Source: an uncultured Actinomycetota bacterium | GTDB lineage: Bacteria; Actinomycetota; Actinomycetes; Propionibacteriales; Nocardioidaceae | Reading direction: 5' to 3' | DNA length: 64,000 nt | Assembly: GCA_963700955.1 (NCBI GenBank) | Contig: CAVOZH010000005.1 | Span: forward strand, 36,561 to 100,560 | Shown here: positions 38,307-47,941 of the stretch, one piece after another | How positions within the stretch are numbered: position 1 is the stretch's first letter | Layout: each line of letters opens with the position of its first letter | Notes under the pieces: generated by a model | What the model was told of the DNA's origin: nothing | Seen by the model: only the letters and a program-made list of their open reading frames with translations | The model's database searches: none | Translations under genes and position numbers: made by a program

Positions 38307-39989
38307 ATGAAGTCGAACCACAAGAGGCACGCGGCGACCGCGCTTGCCGTCGCAGCGGCGGCCGCCTTCGCGTTGCCCATGACGGCAACCACCGCAGACG
38401 CCGCGCAGGACCAGGCCCCGCTTCGCGGAGCAGGCCAGGAGCGCGTGATCGCCGGCGAGTACATCGTCGTGATGAAGCAGAACGCCCCGAAGCAGGCCGT
38501 CGGCCAGGCCAAGGAGCGCGCTCGCGCCGAAGGCGGCCGGATCCACTTCACCTACGACCACGCGCTCTCCGGCTTCTCCGCCCATCTGCCGGCGCGTGCA
38601 CTCGAAGCGATGCGCGACAACCCGAACGTCGACTACGTCGAGGCCGACCAGCAGGTCGCGCTCAGCTCGACGCAGTCCTCGCCGACCTGGGGCCTCGACC
38701 GGGTCGACCAGCGCAACCTCCCGTTGAGCAGCAGCTACACCTACAACGCGACCGGCAGCGGCGTCACCGCCTACATCATCGACACCGGCATCCTGTCCTC
38801 GCACAGCGACTTCGGCGGCCGCGTGGCGAGCGGCTACACGGCGATCAGCGACGGCAGAGGCACCACCGACTGCAACGGCCATGGCACCCACGTCTCCGGC
38901 ACGGTCGGCGGCTCGACGTACGGCGTCGCCAAGTCCGTCACCCTCAAGCCGGTCCGCGTCCTCGACTGCAGCGGCAGCGGCACCAACTCGGGTGTGATCG
39001 CCGGCGTCGACTGGGTCAGCGGCAACAAGTCCGGCCCCGCCGTGGCGAACATGAGCCTCGGGGGCGGCGTCTCCAGCGCCCTCGACACCGCGGTGCAGAA
39101 CTCGATCAACGCCGGGGTCACCTACGCCGTGGCGGCCGGCAACGACAGTGGCGCCGACGCCTGCAACGGCTCGCCGTCGCGTGTCGGTCCCGCCCTGACC
39201 GTGGGCTCCTCGACCAACACCGACGCCCGCTCGAGCTTCTCCAACATCGGCACCTGCGTCGACCTGTTCGCGCCGGGATCGAGCATCACCTCCGACTGGT
39301 ACACCAGCACCACGGCCACCAACACGATCAGCGGTACGTCGATGGCGACGCCGCATGTCACCGGCGCCGCCGCGCTCTACCTCCAGGGCAACCCGAGCGC
39401 CTCGGCGGCCACCGTGTCCAGCGCGATCGTCAACGGCGCCACGAGCGGCGTGCTCACCAACGTCGGCACCGGCTCGCCGAACAAGCTGCTCTACTCCCTC
39501 CTCGGCGGCAGCACCCCGCCGCCCTCGGGCGGACAGCTCCTCGGCAACCCTGGCTTCGAGTCGGGCAACACGGTGTGGTCCGCGAGCAGCGGCGTGATCG
39601 ACAGCTCCACCGGCCGTCCCGCGCGCTCGGGCTCGTGGAAGGCGTGGCTCGACGGCTACGGCTCCTCGCACACCGACACGCTCTCCCAGTCGGTGACGAT
39701 CCCGTCCACGGCGACGAGCGCGAGCCTGTCGTTCTACGTCCGCATCGACACCGCGGAGACCACGACGTCCACCGCCTACGACACGCTGAAGGTGCAGGTC
39801 GTCGCGAACGGCACCACGACCACGCTGGCGACGTACTCGAACCTGAACGCGAACTCCAGCTACACGCAGAAGTCGTTCAACCTGACCAGCTACAAGGGAC
39901 AGACAGTGACCGTGAAGTTCACGGGCACCGAGGACTCGTCACAGCAGACGAGCTTCGTGATCGACGACACCGCGCTCAACGCAAGCTGA
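38307..39989 (+). CDS. Secreted S8 (subtilisin/proteinase K-like) serine protease with I9 propeptide and C-terminal beta-rich domain
   Basis: Start moved to ATG 38307 (signal [24 protein letters not shown]). I9-like YIVVMK. Catalytic triad [19 protein letters not shown]. Confidence 0.9.
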   Translation: MKSNHKRHAATALAVAAAAAFALPMTATTADAAQDQAPLRGAGQERVIAGEYIVVMKQNAPKQAVGQAKERARAEGGRIHFTYDHALSGFSAHLPARALEAMRDNPNVDYVEADQQVALSSTQSSPTWGLDRVDQRNLPLSSSYTYNATGSGVTAYIIDTGILSSHSDFGGRVASGYTAISDGRGTTDCNGHGTHVSGTVGGSTYGVAKSVTLKPVRVLDCSGSGTNSGVIAGVDWVSGNKSGPAVANMSLGGGVSSALDTAVQNSINAGVTYAVAAGNDSGADACNGSPSRVGPALTVGSSTNTDARSSFSNIGTCVDLFAPGSSITSDWYTSTTATNTISGTSMATPHVTGAAALYLQGNPSASAATVSSAIVNGATSGVLTNVGTGSPNKLLYSLLGGSTPPPSGGQLLGNPGFESGNTVWSASSGVIDSSTGRPARSGSWKAWLDGYGSSHTDTLSQSVTIPSTATSASLSFYVRIDTAETTTSTAYDTLKVQVVANGTTTTLATYSNLNANSSYTQKSFNLTSYKGQTVTVKFTGTEDSSQQTSFVIDDTALNAS

Positions 39990-39997
39990 GCGATCCC

Positions 39998-40036
39998 ACG
40001 AGCGCCGACCCGGTCCTGCCCCGGGTCGGCGCTCGT
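39998..40036 (+). terminator. Strong hairpin downstream of the protease gene
   Basis: ACGAGCGCCGACCCGG / CCGGGTCGGCGCTCGT: perfect 16-bp stem with a 7-nt loop, starting 9 nt after the stop. Confidence 0.6.
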
Positions 40037-40086
40037 GTCGTCCCCGATCGGAAACGTCCCCTTTGTCTCTCCGAGCTCGGCAAGGT

Positions 40087-41886
40087 ATGCCTGACTCCAT
40101 GACCTTCACGACCCGCCCCACCCTGCAAGGCACCTACGGCATGGTCTCGTCCACGCACTGGCTCGCCTCGCAGGCGGCGATGCGGCAGCTCGAGCTCGGC
40201 GGCAACGCCTTCGACGCGGCGGTGTGCGCGGGCTTCGTGCTGCATCTGGTCGAGCCGCACCTCAACGGCCCGGGTGGCGAGGTCCCGGCGATCATCGGTA
40301 AGTCGGGCGACCCCACGCCCCTGGTCCTGTGCGGGCAGGGCGTCGCCCCGGCCGCCGCGACGATCGAGCACTACCTGTCGCTGGGGTTCGACCAGATCCC
40401 CGGTTCCGGACCTCTCGCGGCGACGGTCCCAGGGGCGGTGGACGCCTGGCTGCTGCTCCTGCGCGACCTGGGCACCAAGACGCTCGAGGACGTCCTCGGC
40501 CCGGCGATCTCCTACGCCCGCGACGGGCACCCGCTCGTGGCGCGCGTCGTCGCCACCATCGCCGCGGTACAACCGCTCTTCGAGCAGGACTGGCCGACGT
40601 CGGCGCAGACGTGGCTGAGCGGCGGCCGCACGCCCGAGCCGAACGCGCTCTTCCGCAACCCCGCCTACGCCGCGACTCTCGAAAGGCTCGTCGCCGAGGG
40701 CACCGCCGGCGGCGGCAGTCGTGAGGAGCAGATCGACCGGGCACGCGGAGCGTGGCGCGAGGGCTTCGTCGCCGAGGCCGTCGACGCGTTCTCCCAGCAG
40801 GCGATCGCCACCGCCGGCGGGGAGCCGCACCAGGGCGTCGTCCGTGGCTCCGACATGGCGGCGTGGCAGGCGAGCTGGGAGAGCGCGGTCACCCTCGACT
40901 GGCAGGGGCACACGATCGCGAAGACCGGCCCGTGGGGACAGGGCCCTGCGCTGCTCCAGACGCTCGCGACCCTGGACGCGCTCGACGCACCCGACGCCTT
41001 CGACCCCGACTCGTTGCTCGGCATCCACCAGATCACCGAGAGCCTCAAGCTCGCTTACGCAGACCGCGAGGCGTGGTACGGCGACGGGTTCGACACTCCC
41101 CTCGACACCCTGCTCTCGGAGAAGTACGCCGCCGAGCGCGCCGCCCTGGTCGGGCCGGAGGCCTCACGCGAGGTGCGTCCCGGGAGCCCCGACGGACGCG
41201 AGCCCCGGATGTCGCACCACGTCACCGACACCGCCGCCGGGCGCCCGGTCGCCGACGCCACGACGGGGGAGCCGACCGTCCGCAAGGACGGGGTGACCCA
41301 GGGAGACACCTGCCACGTCGACGTGGTGGACCGCTGGGGCAACATGATCTCCGCGACGCCGAGCGGGGGATGGCTGCAGAGCTCGCCCACGATCCCCGAG
41401 CTCGGCTTCTGCCTCGGCAGCCGGATGCAGATGTTCTGGCTCGAGGAGGGTCTGGCGTCCTCGCTCGCTCCGGGCCGCCGGCCCCGCACGACGCTCACGC
41501 CGACCCTCGTCTACCGCGACGGCGAACCCGTCATGGCGTGCGGCTCACCCGGCGGCGACCAGCAGGACCAGTGGCAGCTGCTCTTCCTGCTGCGCACCCT
41601 CGCGGGCGGCCAGTCCCTGCAGGCGGCGATCGACGCGCCCGCGTTCCACACCACGTCCTTCCCGAGCTCCTTCTGGCCACGGGTCGTCGAGCCCGCGGGC
41701 CTGGTCGTCGAGGAGCGGGTGCCCGAAGACGTGCGTACAGATCTCGCTGCCCGCGGGCACGACGTGACGGTCGCGGGGCCATGGAGCCTGGGTCGGCTCT
41801 GCGCGGTCGCCCGCGACCCCCGGACGGGCATGCTCTCCGCGGGCGCCAACCCTCGTGGCATGCAGGGGTACGCCGTAGGGCGATGA
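40087..41886 (+). CDS. ggt: Gamma-glutamyltransferase family protein
   Basis: ATG at 40087 or 40099. GMVSSTHWLASQAA, GGNAFDAAV, autoprocessing/nucleophile region QGDTCHVDVVDRWGNMIS, GSPGG. Confidence 0.85.
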   Translation: MPDSMTFTTRPTLQGTYGMVSSTHWLASQAAMRQLELGGNAFDAAVCAGFVLHLVEPHLNGPGGEVPAIIGKSGDPTPLVLCGQGVAPAAATIEHYLSLGFDQIPGSGPLAATVPGAVDAWLLLLRDLGTKTLEDVLGPAISYARDGHPLVARVVATIAAVQPLFEQDWPTSAQTWLSGGRTPEPNALFRNPAYAATLERLVAEGTAGGGSREEQIDRARGAWREGFVAEAVDAFSQQAIATAGGEPHQGVVRGSDMAAWQASWESAVTLDWQGHTIAKTGPWGQGPALLQTLATLDALDAPDAFDPDSLLGIHQITESLKLAYADREAWYGDGFDTPLDTLLSEKYAAERAALVGPEASREVRPGSPDGREPRMSHHVTDTAAGRPVADATTGEPTVRKDGVTQGDTCHVDVVDRWGNMISATPSGGWLQSSPTIPELGFCLGSRMQMFWLEEGLASSLAPGRRPRTTLTPTLVYRDGEPVMACGSPGGDQQDQWQLLFLLRTLAGGQSLQAAIDAPAFHTTSFPSSFWPRVVEPAGLVVEERVPEDVRTDLAARGHDVTVAGPWSLGRLCAVARDPRTGMLSAGANPRGMQGYAVGR

Positions 41887-42034
41887 CCCCACCGCCCGAC
41901 CAGGTGCCGACCGGGAGCGGACCCGGTCGGACCGTCATCGTCTGGACCGCCCTTGTCAGCCGACCGCGCCGGAGAGCAGCGTGAGGAGATCGGTGGTGCC
42001 ACCGGGGCGCCGCCCTTGAGGGAGGGAGACGCCC

Positions 42035-42658
42035 GTGTACGCACGCAGCGTCACATTCACCACCGCGCCGTCCGCCGTCGACGACGGCATCGCCTTCATA
42101 CGCGACGAGGCCTTTCCGGTCATCCGTGACATGGATGGTTGCCTGGGGATCTCGCTGCTCGCCGACCGCGAGACCGGTCGGATCATCACCACGTCGTCCT
42201 GGCAGTCACAGGAGGCTCTTCGCGCGAGCCGGGACAAGCTTCGGCCTCTGCGCGAGCGGGGTTCCGAGCGGATGAGAAGTGGCGCGCCTGTCCTCGACGA
42301 GTGGGAGATCGCCTCGATGCACCGGACACACGAGACGCAGCCCGGGACCTGTGTGCGCGCCGCGTGGTCGAGCGTGCCGATGGCCCATGTCGAGCGTGCG
42401 CTGGACTTCTACCGGCACACCCTGCTGCCCCAGATCGAGCAGCTGGACGGGTTCACCAGCGCCAGCCTCCTCGTCGACCGGTCCACCGGCAGGGCAGTCA
42501 CCTCGGTTGCGTTCGAGACCCGTGAGGCGATGGAGCGCACGCGCGACCAGGCGGACTACCTCAGGGAGACCAGCACCCAAGAGGCCAATGTCGAGTTCCT
42601 CGACGTCGGGGAGTTCGAGCTCGTCTCCGCGCACCTGCACGTGCCGGAGCTCGTCTGA
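42035..42658 (+). CDS. Tandem ABM-like (dimeric alpha/beta-barrel) domain protein
   Basis: GTG start with GAGGGAGGGAG upstream. Two ~100-aa halves repeat the same pattern (...G.LG/FTSASLLVDR.TGR..T.S.W/FE..EA...). Confidence 0.6.
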   Translation: MYARSVTFTTAPSAVDDGIAFIRDEAFPVIRDMDGCLGISLLADRETGRIITTSSWQSQEALRASRDKLRPLRERGSERMRSGAPVLDEWEIASMHRTHETQPGTCVRAAWSSVPMAHVERALDFYRHTLLPQIEQLDGFTSASLLVDRSTGRAVTSVAFETREAMERTRDQADYLRETSTQEANVEFLDVGEFELVSAHLHVPELV

Positions 42659-42732
42659 CGCCGCGGGAACAGAGCCGTGGGCGCGGTCGACGACGACCGC
42701 GCCCACACGCGAGCTCGACTGCGACCAGTAGG

Positions 42733-43362
42733 TCAGCGGTAGGACATGCGGTCGACCCTGTGGTGGTAGCGGTGGCCGACCTTGCTCCCCGCCGCGGCAG
42801 CGAGCGCCGTGCCGACCAGGACCGCCAGAGCGGTGACCACGCCGCCCATGCCCAGCTGGTCGGTGGGGATCGGCACGCGGGGGAGGTTCACCCGGTCGAG
42901 GAGGTTGTACTGCGACCCGAACAGGACGCCCAGGCCCACGGCGACCAGCGTCACGACCAGGCCGATGACCCAGACCGCGAGGCCCTGACGTCCGCCGTCG
43001 AATCGGGACATCCGCCCGGCGACGTACCCACCGGTGTAGTAGGCGACCAGCATGATCGCCAGCAGCACGGCGGCAGCGGCGATGCCGATCGTGCCCGCAT
43101 CCAGCTGCGCCTGGGTCTGGCTCACCTTGCCGGACGACCCGACCGCGGTGGCGAGCGCTCCCACGACGCTGCTCAGCAGGATCGCCATGGCGACCGCGAC
43201 CAGCCAGCCGAAGAAGGCGGCGCCCCAGTTCGTGCCGCCGAACCGGTCGCGAGCTTCCGTGTCGCCGCGGACGGCGGTGCCGTAGCGCGTGTCGTCGTGG
43301 GTCTCGTTCCCGTGCTCGCCGTCCGTCACGTGGTCCGAGGTGTTCCGGTGGATGCTGATCAT
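42733..43362 (-). CDS. Hypothetical membrane protein (4 TM, His/Asp-rich N-terminus)
   Basis: 209-aa ORF, GC-rich third positions, four long hydrophobic segments. No family recognised. Confidence 0.6.
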   Translation of the reverse strand: MISIHRNTSDHVTDGEHGNETHDDTRYGTAVRGDTEARDRFGGTNWGAAFFGWLVAVAMAILLSSVVGALATAVGSSGKVSQTQAQLDAGTIGIAAAAVLLAIMLVAYYTGGYVAGRMSRFDGGRQGLAVWVIGLVVTLVAVGLGVLFGSQYNLLDRVNLPRVPIPTDQLGMGGVVTALAVLVGTALAAAAGSKVGHRYHHRVDRMSYR

Positions 43363-43485
43363 CTTCGCCTCCTGAGGCGGCCCCGGAGAGGGTCGCGGTG
43401 ACCCTGCTCAGGCCATCAGAGTGCCCACATTTGCCCCGGGTCATGCCGCGGTGGCAACGCATCCGGGACGACGCCCCGACAGGTC

Positions 43486-43530
43486 ACCGGACCGTGCCAC
43501 TTTCAGGGATAGGCAGCGGCACGGTCCGGT
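43486..43530 (-). terminator. Long hairpin after the DsrE-like gene
   Basis: ACCGGACCGTGCC / GGCACGGTCCGGT: perfect 13-bp stem with a 19-nt loop, 15 nt downstream of the stop at 43545. Confidence 0.5.
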
Positions 43531-43544
43531 AGCAGGGGTGGTGC

Positions 43545-44060
43545 TCAGATGAACAGCAGCTGGGCGCCCTCGGTCAGCTCGATGAAGTCGGCGGCGCTGA
43601 TGATGCCCTCGACCTCGTCGTAGAGGTCCTCCTCGGTCAGGTGGTTCATGTCCGCCGACATCCGGCAGGCCCACAGGTGACCGCCCGAGGCGATGATCTG
43701 CTCGAGGAACTCCGGCACCTCCGGTACGTCGAGCTCGGCGATCGACTTCTTCAGCTTCGAGGTCGCCATGTGGGTGATTCCCGGAAGGCCGCCGAGCCCC
43801 TGGGGCATGTGCGTGGCCGTGTTTCCGAGCGGCGTGAACTTCAGCTCCCGCATCGTCTTCTTGTTGATCATGTCGAAGCCCCAGAACGTGAAGAACATGT
43901 GCACCTCGACCCCCTCGCCGAGCGCCGCATTGGCGAGGATCAGGCCGGGGTAGGCCATGTCGAGGCTGCCCTTGGAGCAGATGATCGCCAGCTTCCGGCC
44001 GGTGTCGACGTCGTCGAACGACGGGACGATCGGGGCGGACTGGGTGGTGGTGTCGGTCAT
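43545..44060 (-). CDS. DsrE/DsrF-like sulfur-relay family protein
   Basis: Start moved to ATG 44060. KLAIICSKGSLDMAYPGLILANAALGEGVEVHMFFTFWG...GGHLWACRMS pattern of DsrE-family proteins. Confidence 0.8.
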   Translation of the reverse strand: MTDTTTQSAPIVPSFDDVDTGRKLAIICSKGSLDMAYPGLILANAALGEGVEVHMFFTFWGFDMINKKTMRELKFTPLGNTATHMPQGLGGLPGITHMATSKLKKSIAELDVPEVPEFLEQIIASGGHLWACRMSADMNHLTEEDLYDEVEGIISAADFIELTEGAQLLFI

Positions 44061-44088
44061 GGCAGGTCTCTCTTCTCGATCAGGCTTC

Positions 44089-44403
44089 TCACACGCAGCC
44101 GTGGGGCTTGGGCAGGCCGGCGATGTAGGCCATCTTCTTGGCCGGCTTCTTCGGGAAGAGCTGGAAGAGCTTCTTGGTCGGCACACCGCCCGCGACGGTG
44201 ACCCGCCGAAGCGTGGCGGTCTCGCCCTGCTCGGTGAAGTCCGAGCGCAGGAAGCGGATGACCTGCCAGTGCTCGTCGGTCATGTCGATGCCGATCTGGT
44301 TCGCGAGGGTCTTGCCCAGGTCCTCGGTCCACTCGTCGTACACCGTCATGAAGCCTTCGTCGTCGACGTGGATCTCGTGACCGTCGAGGGTCGTGGTGGG
44401 CAT
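44089..44403 (-). CDS. TusE/DsrC-family sulfur carrier protein
   Basis: 104 aa, ends ...AGLPKPHGCV (penultimate conserved Cys). There is no second Cys 11 residues upstream, so it is TusE-type rather than bona fide DsrC. Confidence 0.85.
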   Translation of the reverse strand: MPTTTLDGHEIHVDDEGFMTVYDEWTEDLGKTLANQIGIDMTDEHWQVIRFLRSDFTEQGETATLRRVTVAGGVPTKKLFQLFPKKPAKKMAYIAGLPKPHGCV

Positions 44404-44405
44404 GA

Positions 44406-45659
44406 CTACTCCTCCTGGTTCGCAGTGGTGGGGGTGACTTTCCCGGCCATCGACATGTGGGTCGGGATGGGCATGGAGTGCCCGGGCAGCAGGACGTTCC
44501 AGTAGATGTGGCGGAACGCGAGCTTGCCGATGTGGTTGGCGCGGGACTCCTTGAGCAGGTCGAGCGGGCCGACCTTGGGCAGCGGGAACTTGCCCGGGAG
44601 CGGCTCGGTGTCGTAGTTGAAGTCGATAAGCAGACCCTTGCCGTCACCGGACTCGACGAAGCAGTTGGCGTGGCCGTCGAACGACCCGGTCATCGGCCGT
44701 CCTTCGATGTACTCCAGGAAGTTGTCGACGAAGATCTCGACCGCGAAGTGGGCCACCGAGCCGGCCTTCGACGCCGGGATGTCACCCGCGTCGCCGACCG
44801 CGAAGACGTTGCCGTACTTCTTCGACAGGAAGGTGTGGTTGTCGACCGGCACGTAGTTGAGCTCGTCCCCCATGCCGGACCGTGCGATGAAGTCCGCGCC
44901 CATGTTCAGCGGGATGGTGACCAGGAGGTCGAAGGGAACCTCGCGCTCGTCGTACGACACGAGCATCTTCCGCTCGTTGTCGATGCTCTCGACCATGAAG
45001 TCCGGCTCGACAGCCACCTTGCGCTCGTCGAGCATCGACCCGAGGTGGGCGGAGGCGACCGGTTTGGTGAACGCGCCTGGCAGCGGCGTCACGTAGGTCA
45101 TCTCGACCCGGTCCCGCACGCCGCGCTCACGCAGCCACGCCTCGGCGAGGAAGGTGAACTCCAGCGGCGCCACAGGGCACTTGATCGGCATCTCGGTGAT
45201 GTGCACGACGAGACGCCCGTGGTCGAACTTCTGCAGCGCCTCGGCGAGCGCCTTGGAGCCCTCGAGGGTGTAGAAGTCGAAGATGCTCTTGCGCCACTCG
45301 GGGCCGAGCATCCCTGGGGTCTGGTCGGGGCGCGGCGAGGTGCCGGTGGCGATCACGAGGTAGTCGTAGGAGAGCTTGCGGCCGTCCTTCAGCGACACCA
45401 GGTCGGCCTCGGGCTCGACCCGGTCGACCTCGGCGACGACGAAGTCCACGCCGTCGGGCAGGAAGGTGTGGCGAGACCGCACGACCTGGTCCTCGGTGTA
45501 GGTGCCGAAGGGCAGGAAGAGGTAGCCGGGCTGGTAGTGGTGCCGGTCGTCCTGGTCGACGATCGTGATCTGCCAGTCGCCGTGGCCGAGGCGTTTCCTG
45601 AGCTTGTTCGCGATCATCGTGCCGGCGGTCCCGGCACCAAGGATCAGCAGGTTCTTCAC
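44406..45659 (-). CDS. FAD-dependent pyridine nucleotide-disulfide oxidoreductase, sulfide:quinone oxidoreductase-like
   Basis: GTG 45659 with GGAGGAG upstream. Dinucleotide fold LLILGAGTAGTM, HHYQPG, conserved Cys motifs MPIKCPVAPLE and GHANCF. Confidence 0.8.
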   Translation of the reverse strand: MKNLLILGAGTAGTMIANKLRKRLGHGDWQITIVDQDDRHHYQPGYLFLPFGTYTEDQVVRSRHTFLPDGVDFVVAEVDRVEPEADLVSLKDGRKLSYDYLVIATGTSPRPDQTPGMLGPEWRKSIFDFYTLEGSKALAEALQKFDHGRLVVHITEMPIKCPVAPLEFTFLAEAWLRERGVRDRVEMTYVTPLPGAFTKPVASAHLGSMLDERKVAVEPDFMVESIDNERKMLVSYDEREVPFDLLVTIPLNMGADFIARSGMGDELNYVPVDNHTFLSKKYGNVFAVGDAGDIPASKAGSVAHFAVEIFVDNFLEYIEGRPMTGSFDGHANCFVESGDGKGLLIDFNYDTEPLPGKFPLPKVGPLDLLKESRANHIGKLAFRHIYWNVLLPGHSMPIPTHMSMAGKVTPTTANQEE

Positions 45660-45895
45660 GGCTCCTCCTACGTTCACGTCTCTTGACGTCTTCAACGCTA
45701 GGGAGCGCAGGGGCGCTGGGTGAGTGCCGAAGGTCCTACCCCGGGGGGTATTGCGCCTTGGGTTCGAGGGCGACATCTCCGGACTGTCCGAATCGGGAAA
45801 GAGGTCCTCCCGGGGGTGACCATCGAATCTGCCCGCAGGGCGTCGACGTCGCGGACGCTGAGAAGCAGGGAACCGTCCGCCTTGGAGGCGATGAC

Positions 45896-47308
45896 ATGAC
45901 CGCGCACGCCTATCCCGTCCACGTCGACGCGCAGCTCGACACCAAGTTGAGCCGATGGCTGTGGCTGGTGAAGTGGGTGCTCGCGATCCCGCACTACATA
46001 GTGCTGTGCTTCCTCTGGATCGCCTTCTTCCTGCTGAGCGTGGTCGCGTTCGTCGCGATCGTCTTCACGGGCCGTTACCCCCGCGCGATCTTCGACTTCA
46101 ACGTCGGGGTCCTGCGCTGGAGCTGGCGCGTGGCCTACTACACCTACGGAGCCCTCGGCACCGACCGCTATCCGCCCTTCACCCTGAACGAGGCCCCCGA
46201 CTATCCGGCGCACTTCTCCGTCGAGTACCCCGAGCACCTCTCGCGCGGCCTCGTCTGGGTCAAGTGGTGGCTGCTCGCGATCCCGCACTACCTGATCGTC
46301 GGCCTGCTGGTCGGCAGCGGTGCGTACGTCGCCTGGGACACCAGCCAGGGCGGGAACGGCACCCAGTGGACGTGGGGCGGCGGCCTCATCGGCCTCCTCG
46401 TCCTCATCGCTGCGGTCGTGCTGCTGTTCACCGGCCGCTACCCGGAGCAGCTCTTCGACCTGGTCCTCGGCCTGAACCGCTGGGTGCTGCGCGTCGCGGC
46501 CTACGCCGGCCTGATGACCGACGAGTACCCACCGTTCCGGCTCGACCAGGGCGGCCCGGACCCCGGACCCGCCCACGTCGAGGTGCCCGAGACGCCCGGC
46601 CCGACCCCTGGCGCACAGGCAACCACCTGGGGCGCCGGCCGCATCGTCGCCGTGGTGATCGGGAGCATCGTGTTCCTGATGGGTGGGGGGCTCCTCGCCG
46701 GAGGCGCGACGCTCGCCGTGACCGACCAGGCGCTGCGTAACGACCAGGGGTACCTGATGAGCCCGTCGCAGTCGTTGAGCACGGCGAGCTACGCCGTGGA
46801 GAGCGAGCCCCTGAAGCTCGAGGGCTCCGGGGCGGACGTCGTGCCGCAGAGGCTGCTCGGCGACGTCAGGCTCCGTGCGCACGCCCCCGCGGGGCAGCAG
46901 ATCTTCATCGGGGTCGCGCCCGCGGCCGACGTCAATGCCTACCTCGCCGGGGTGGGGCACGCGACCCTCACCGGCCTCGACCGGGTGGACGGCGCGTCGG
47001 AACCCACCTACCGCGAGAGCCAGGGTGGCGCCCCCTCGGTGCCTCCGGCGAAGAAGGACATCTGGACTGCCTCGGCCAGCGGCACCGGCAACCAGGAGCT
47101 GACCTGGAAACCCAAGTCGGGTGACTGGGCCATGGTCGTGATGAACGCCGACGGCACCTCGCAGGTGGCCGCTGACGTCGCGGTCGGTGCCACGGCGCCC
47201 GCCCTCGGCTGGATCATGGCTGGACTTTTCGTGGCCGGTGGCGTCCTGGTCCTGATCTCCATCGGCATCGTGCTCGCCGCAGTGCAGGCGGGCCGAGGGA
47301 AGTCATGA
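45896..47308 (+). CDS. DUF4389-type membrane protein (duplicated N-terminal module, C-terminal extracytoplasmic region and TM anchor)
   Basis: Start moved to ATG 45896. The motif W(L)LAIPHY(I/L)V...FTGRYP...RW..RV.AY...TD.YPPF occurs twice. Confidence 0.7.
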   Translation: MTAHAYPVHVDAQLDTKLSRWLWLVKWVLAIPHYIVLCFLWIAFFLLSVVAFVAIVFTGRYPRAIFDFNVGVLRWSWRVAYYTYGALGTDRYPPFTLNEAPDYPAHFSVEYPEHLSRGLVWVKWWLLAIPHYLIVGLLVGSGAYVAWDTSQGGNGTQWTWGGGLIGLLVLIAAVVLLFTGRYPEQLFDLVLGLNRWVLRVAAYAGLMTDEYPPFRLDQGGPDPGPAHVEVPETPGPTPGAQATTWGAGRIVAVVIGSIVFLMGGGLLAGGATLAVTDQALRNDQGYLMSPSQSLSTASYAVESEPLKLEGSGADVVPQRLLGDVRLRAHAPAGQQIFIGVAPAADVNAYLAGVGHATLTGLDRVDGASEPTYRESQGGAPSVPPAKKDIWTASASGTGNQELTWKPKSGDWAMVVMNADGTSQVAADVAVGATAPALGWIMAGLFVAGGVLVLISIGIVLAAVQAGRGKS

Positions 47309-47395
47309 CGCGCGCGGCCGAGCCCTCCGGCTGGCCGGTGACGCCGTGACCGCGACGCCGCTCCGGCTCGCCCTCTCCCGAGAAAGGCACGAACC

Positions 47396-47920
47396 ATGAA
47401 GGCGCTGATCGTCTACGAGTCCATGTTCGGCAACACAGAGGACGTGGCCAACGCCGTCGCCGAGGGGCTGCGAGGTCACATGGCGGTCGAGCTCGTGAAC
47501 GCCGATGTCGCACCCGCGCCACTGGACGAGCTCGTCGACCTCCTCGTGGTCGGAGGTCCCACCCATGGTTTCTCCATGACCAGGAGCGGCACGCGGGAGG
47601 ATGCCGTCCGCCAGGGCGCTGAGGCGCCCGCGTCCGACACCGGGATCCGCGAGTGGATCGACCATCTCCACACCGGGCCGCACTCGGAGCTGGTCGCGAC
47701 CTTCGACACCCGGATCGGCAAGGTTCGTCACCTGCCGGGGTCGGCGGCGAAGTCGGCCGCCAAGGCGCTCCGTAAGCACGGCTACGAGCTCGCGGTCAGG
47801 CCGGAGAGCTTCTGGGTCGAGGACACGCCAGGTCCGTTGTCCGGCGGCGAGCTCGCGCGGGCGAAGGAGTGGGGCGAGCAGCTCGCGACGACGGTCGAAC
47901 GCAAGGCGCGGGCCAACTAG
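47396..47920 (+). CDS. Flavodoxin-like protein
   Basis: MKALIVYESMFGNTEDVANAVAEGL...LLVVGGPTHGF is a typical flavodoxin N-terminus. Confidence 0.75.
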   Translation: MKALIVYESMFGNTEDVANAVAEGLRGHMAVELVNADVAPAPLDELVDLLVVGGPTHGFSMTRSGTREDAVRQGAEAPASDTGIREWIDHLHTGPHSELVATFDTRIGKVRHLPGSAAKSAAKALRKHGYELAVRPESFWVEDTPGPLSGGELARAKEWGEQLATTVERKARAN

Positions 47921-47936
47921 AACCTGTTACCATTTC
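47915..47936. promoter_or_regulatory. KstR-type (TetR-family) operator box 1
   Basis: AACTAGAACCTGTTACCATTTC. The core TAGAACCTGTTACC fits TnnAACnnGTTnnA with one mismatch. It ends 6 nt before the OYE GTG start and overlaps the flavodoxin stop codon. Confidence 0.4.
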
Positions 47937-47941
47937 GCCTC

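Noticed and set aside
36456-39671. Very long antisense ORFs: the 1071-aa ORF at 36456-39671(-), and similar ones at 906-2459(-), 3445-5514(-), 25056-27011(+), 57667-59712(-), 59525-61504(-), 60172-62235(+)
   Set aside because: They are Arg/Gly/Pro/Asp-rich low-complexity translations lying opposite or out of frame to genes with clear family motifs. These are typical shadow ORFs of ~70% GC DNA.
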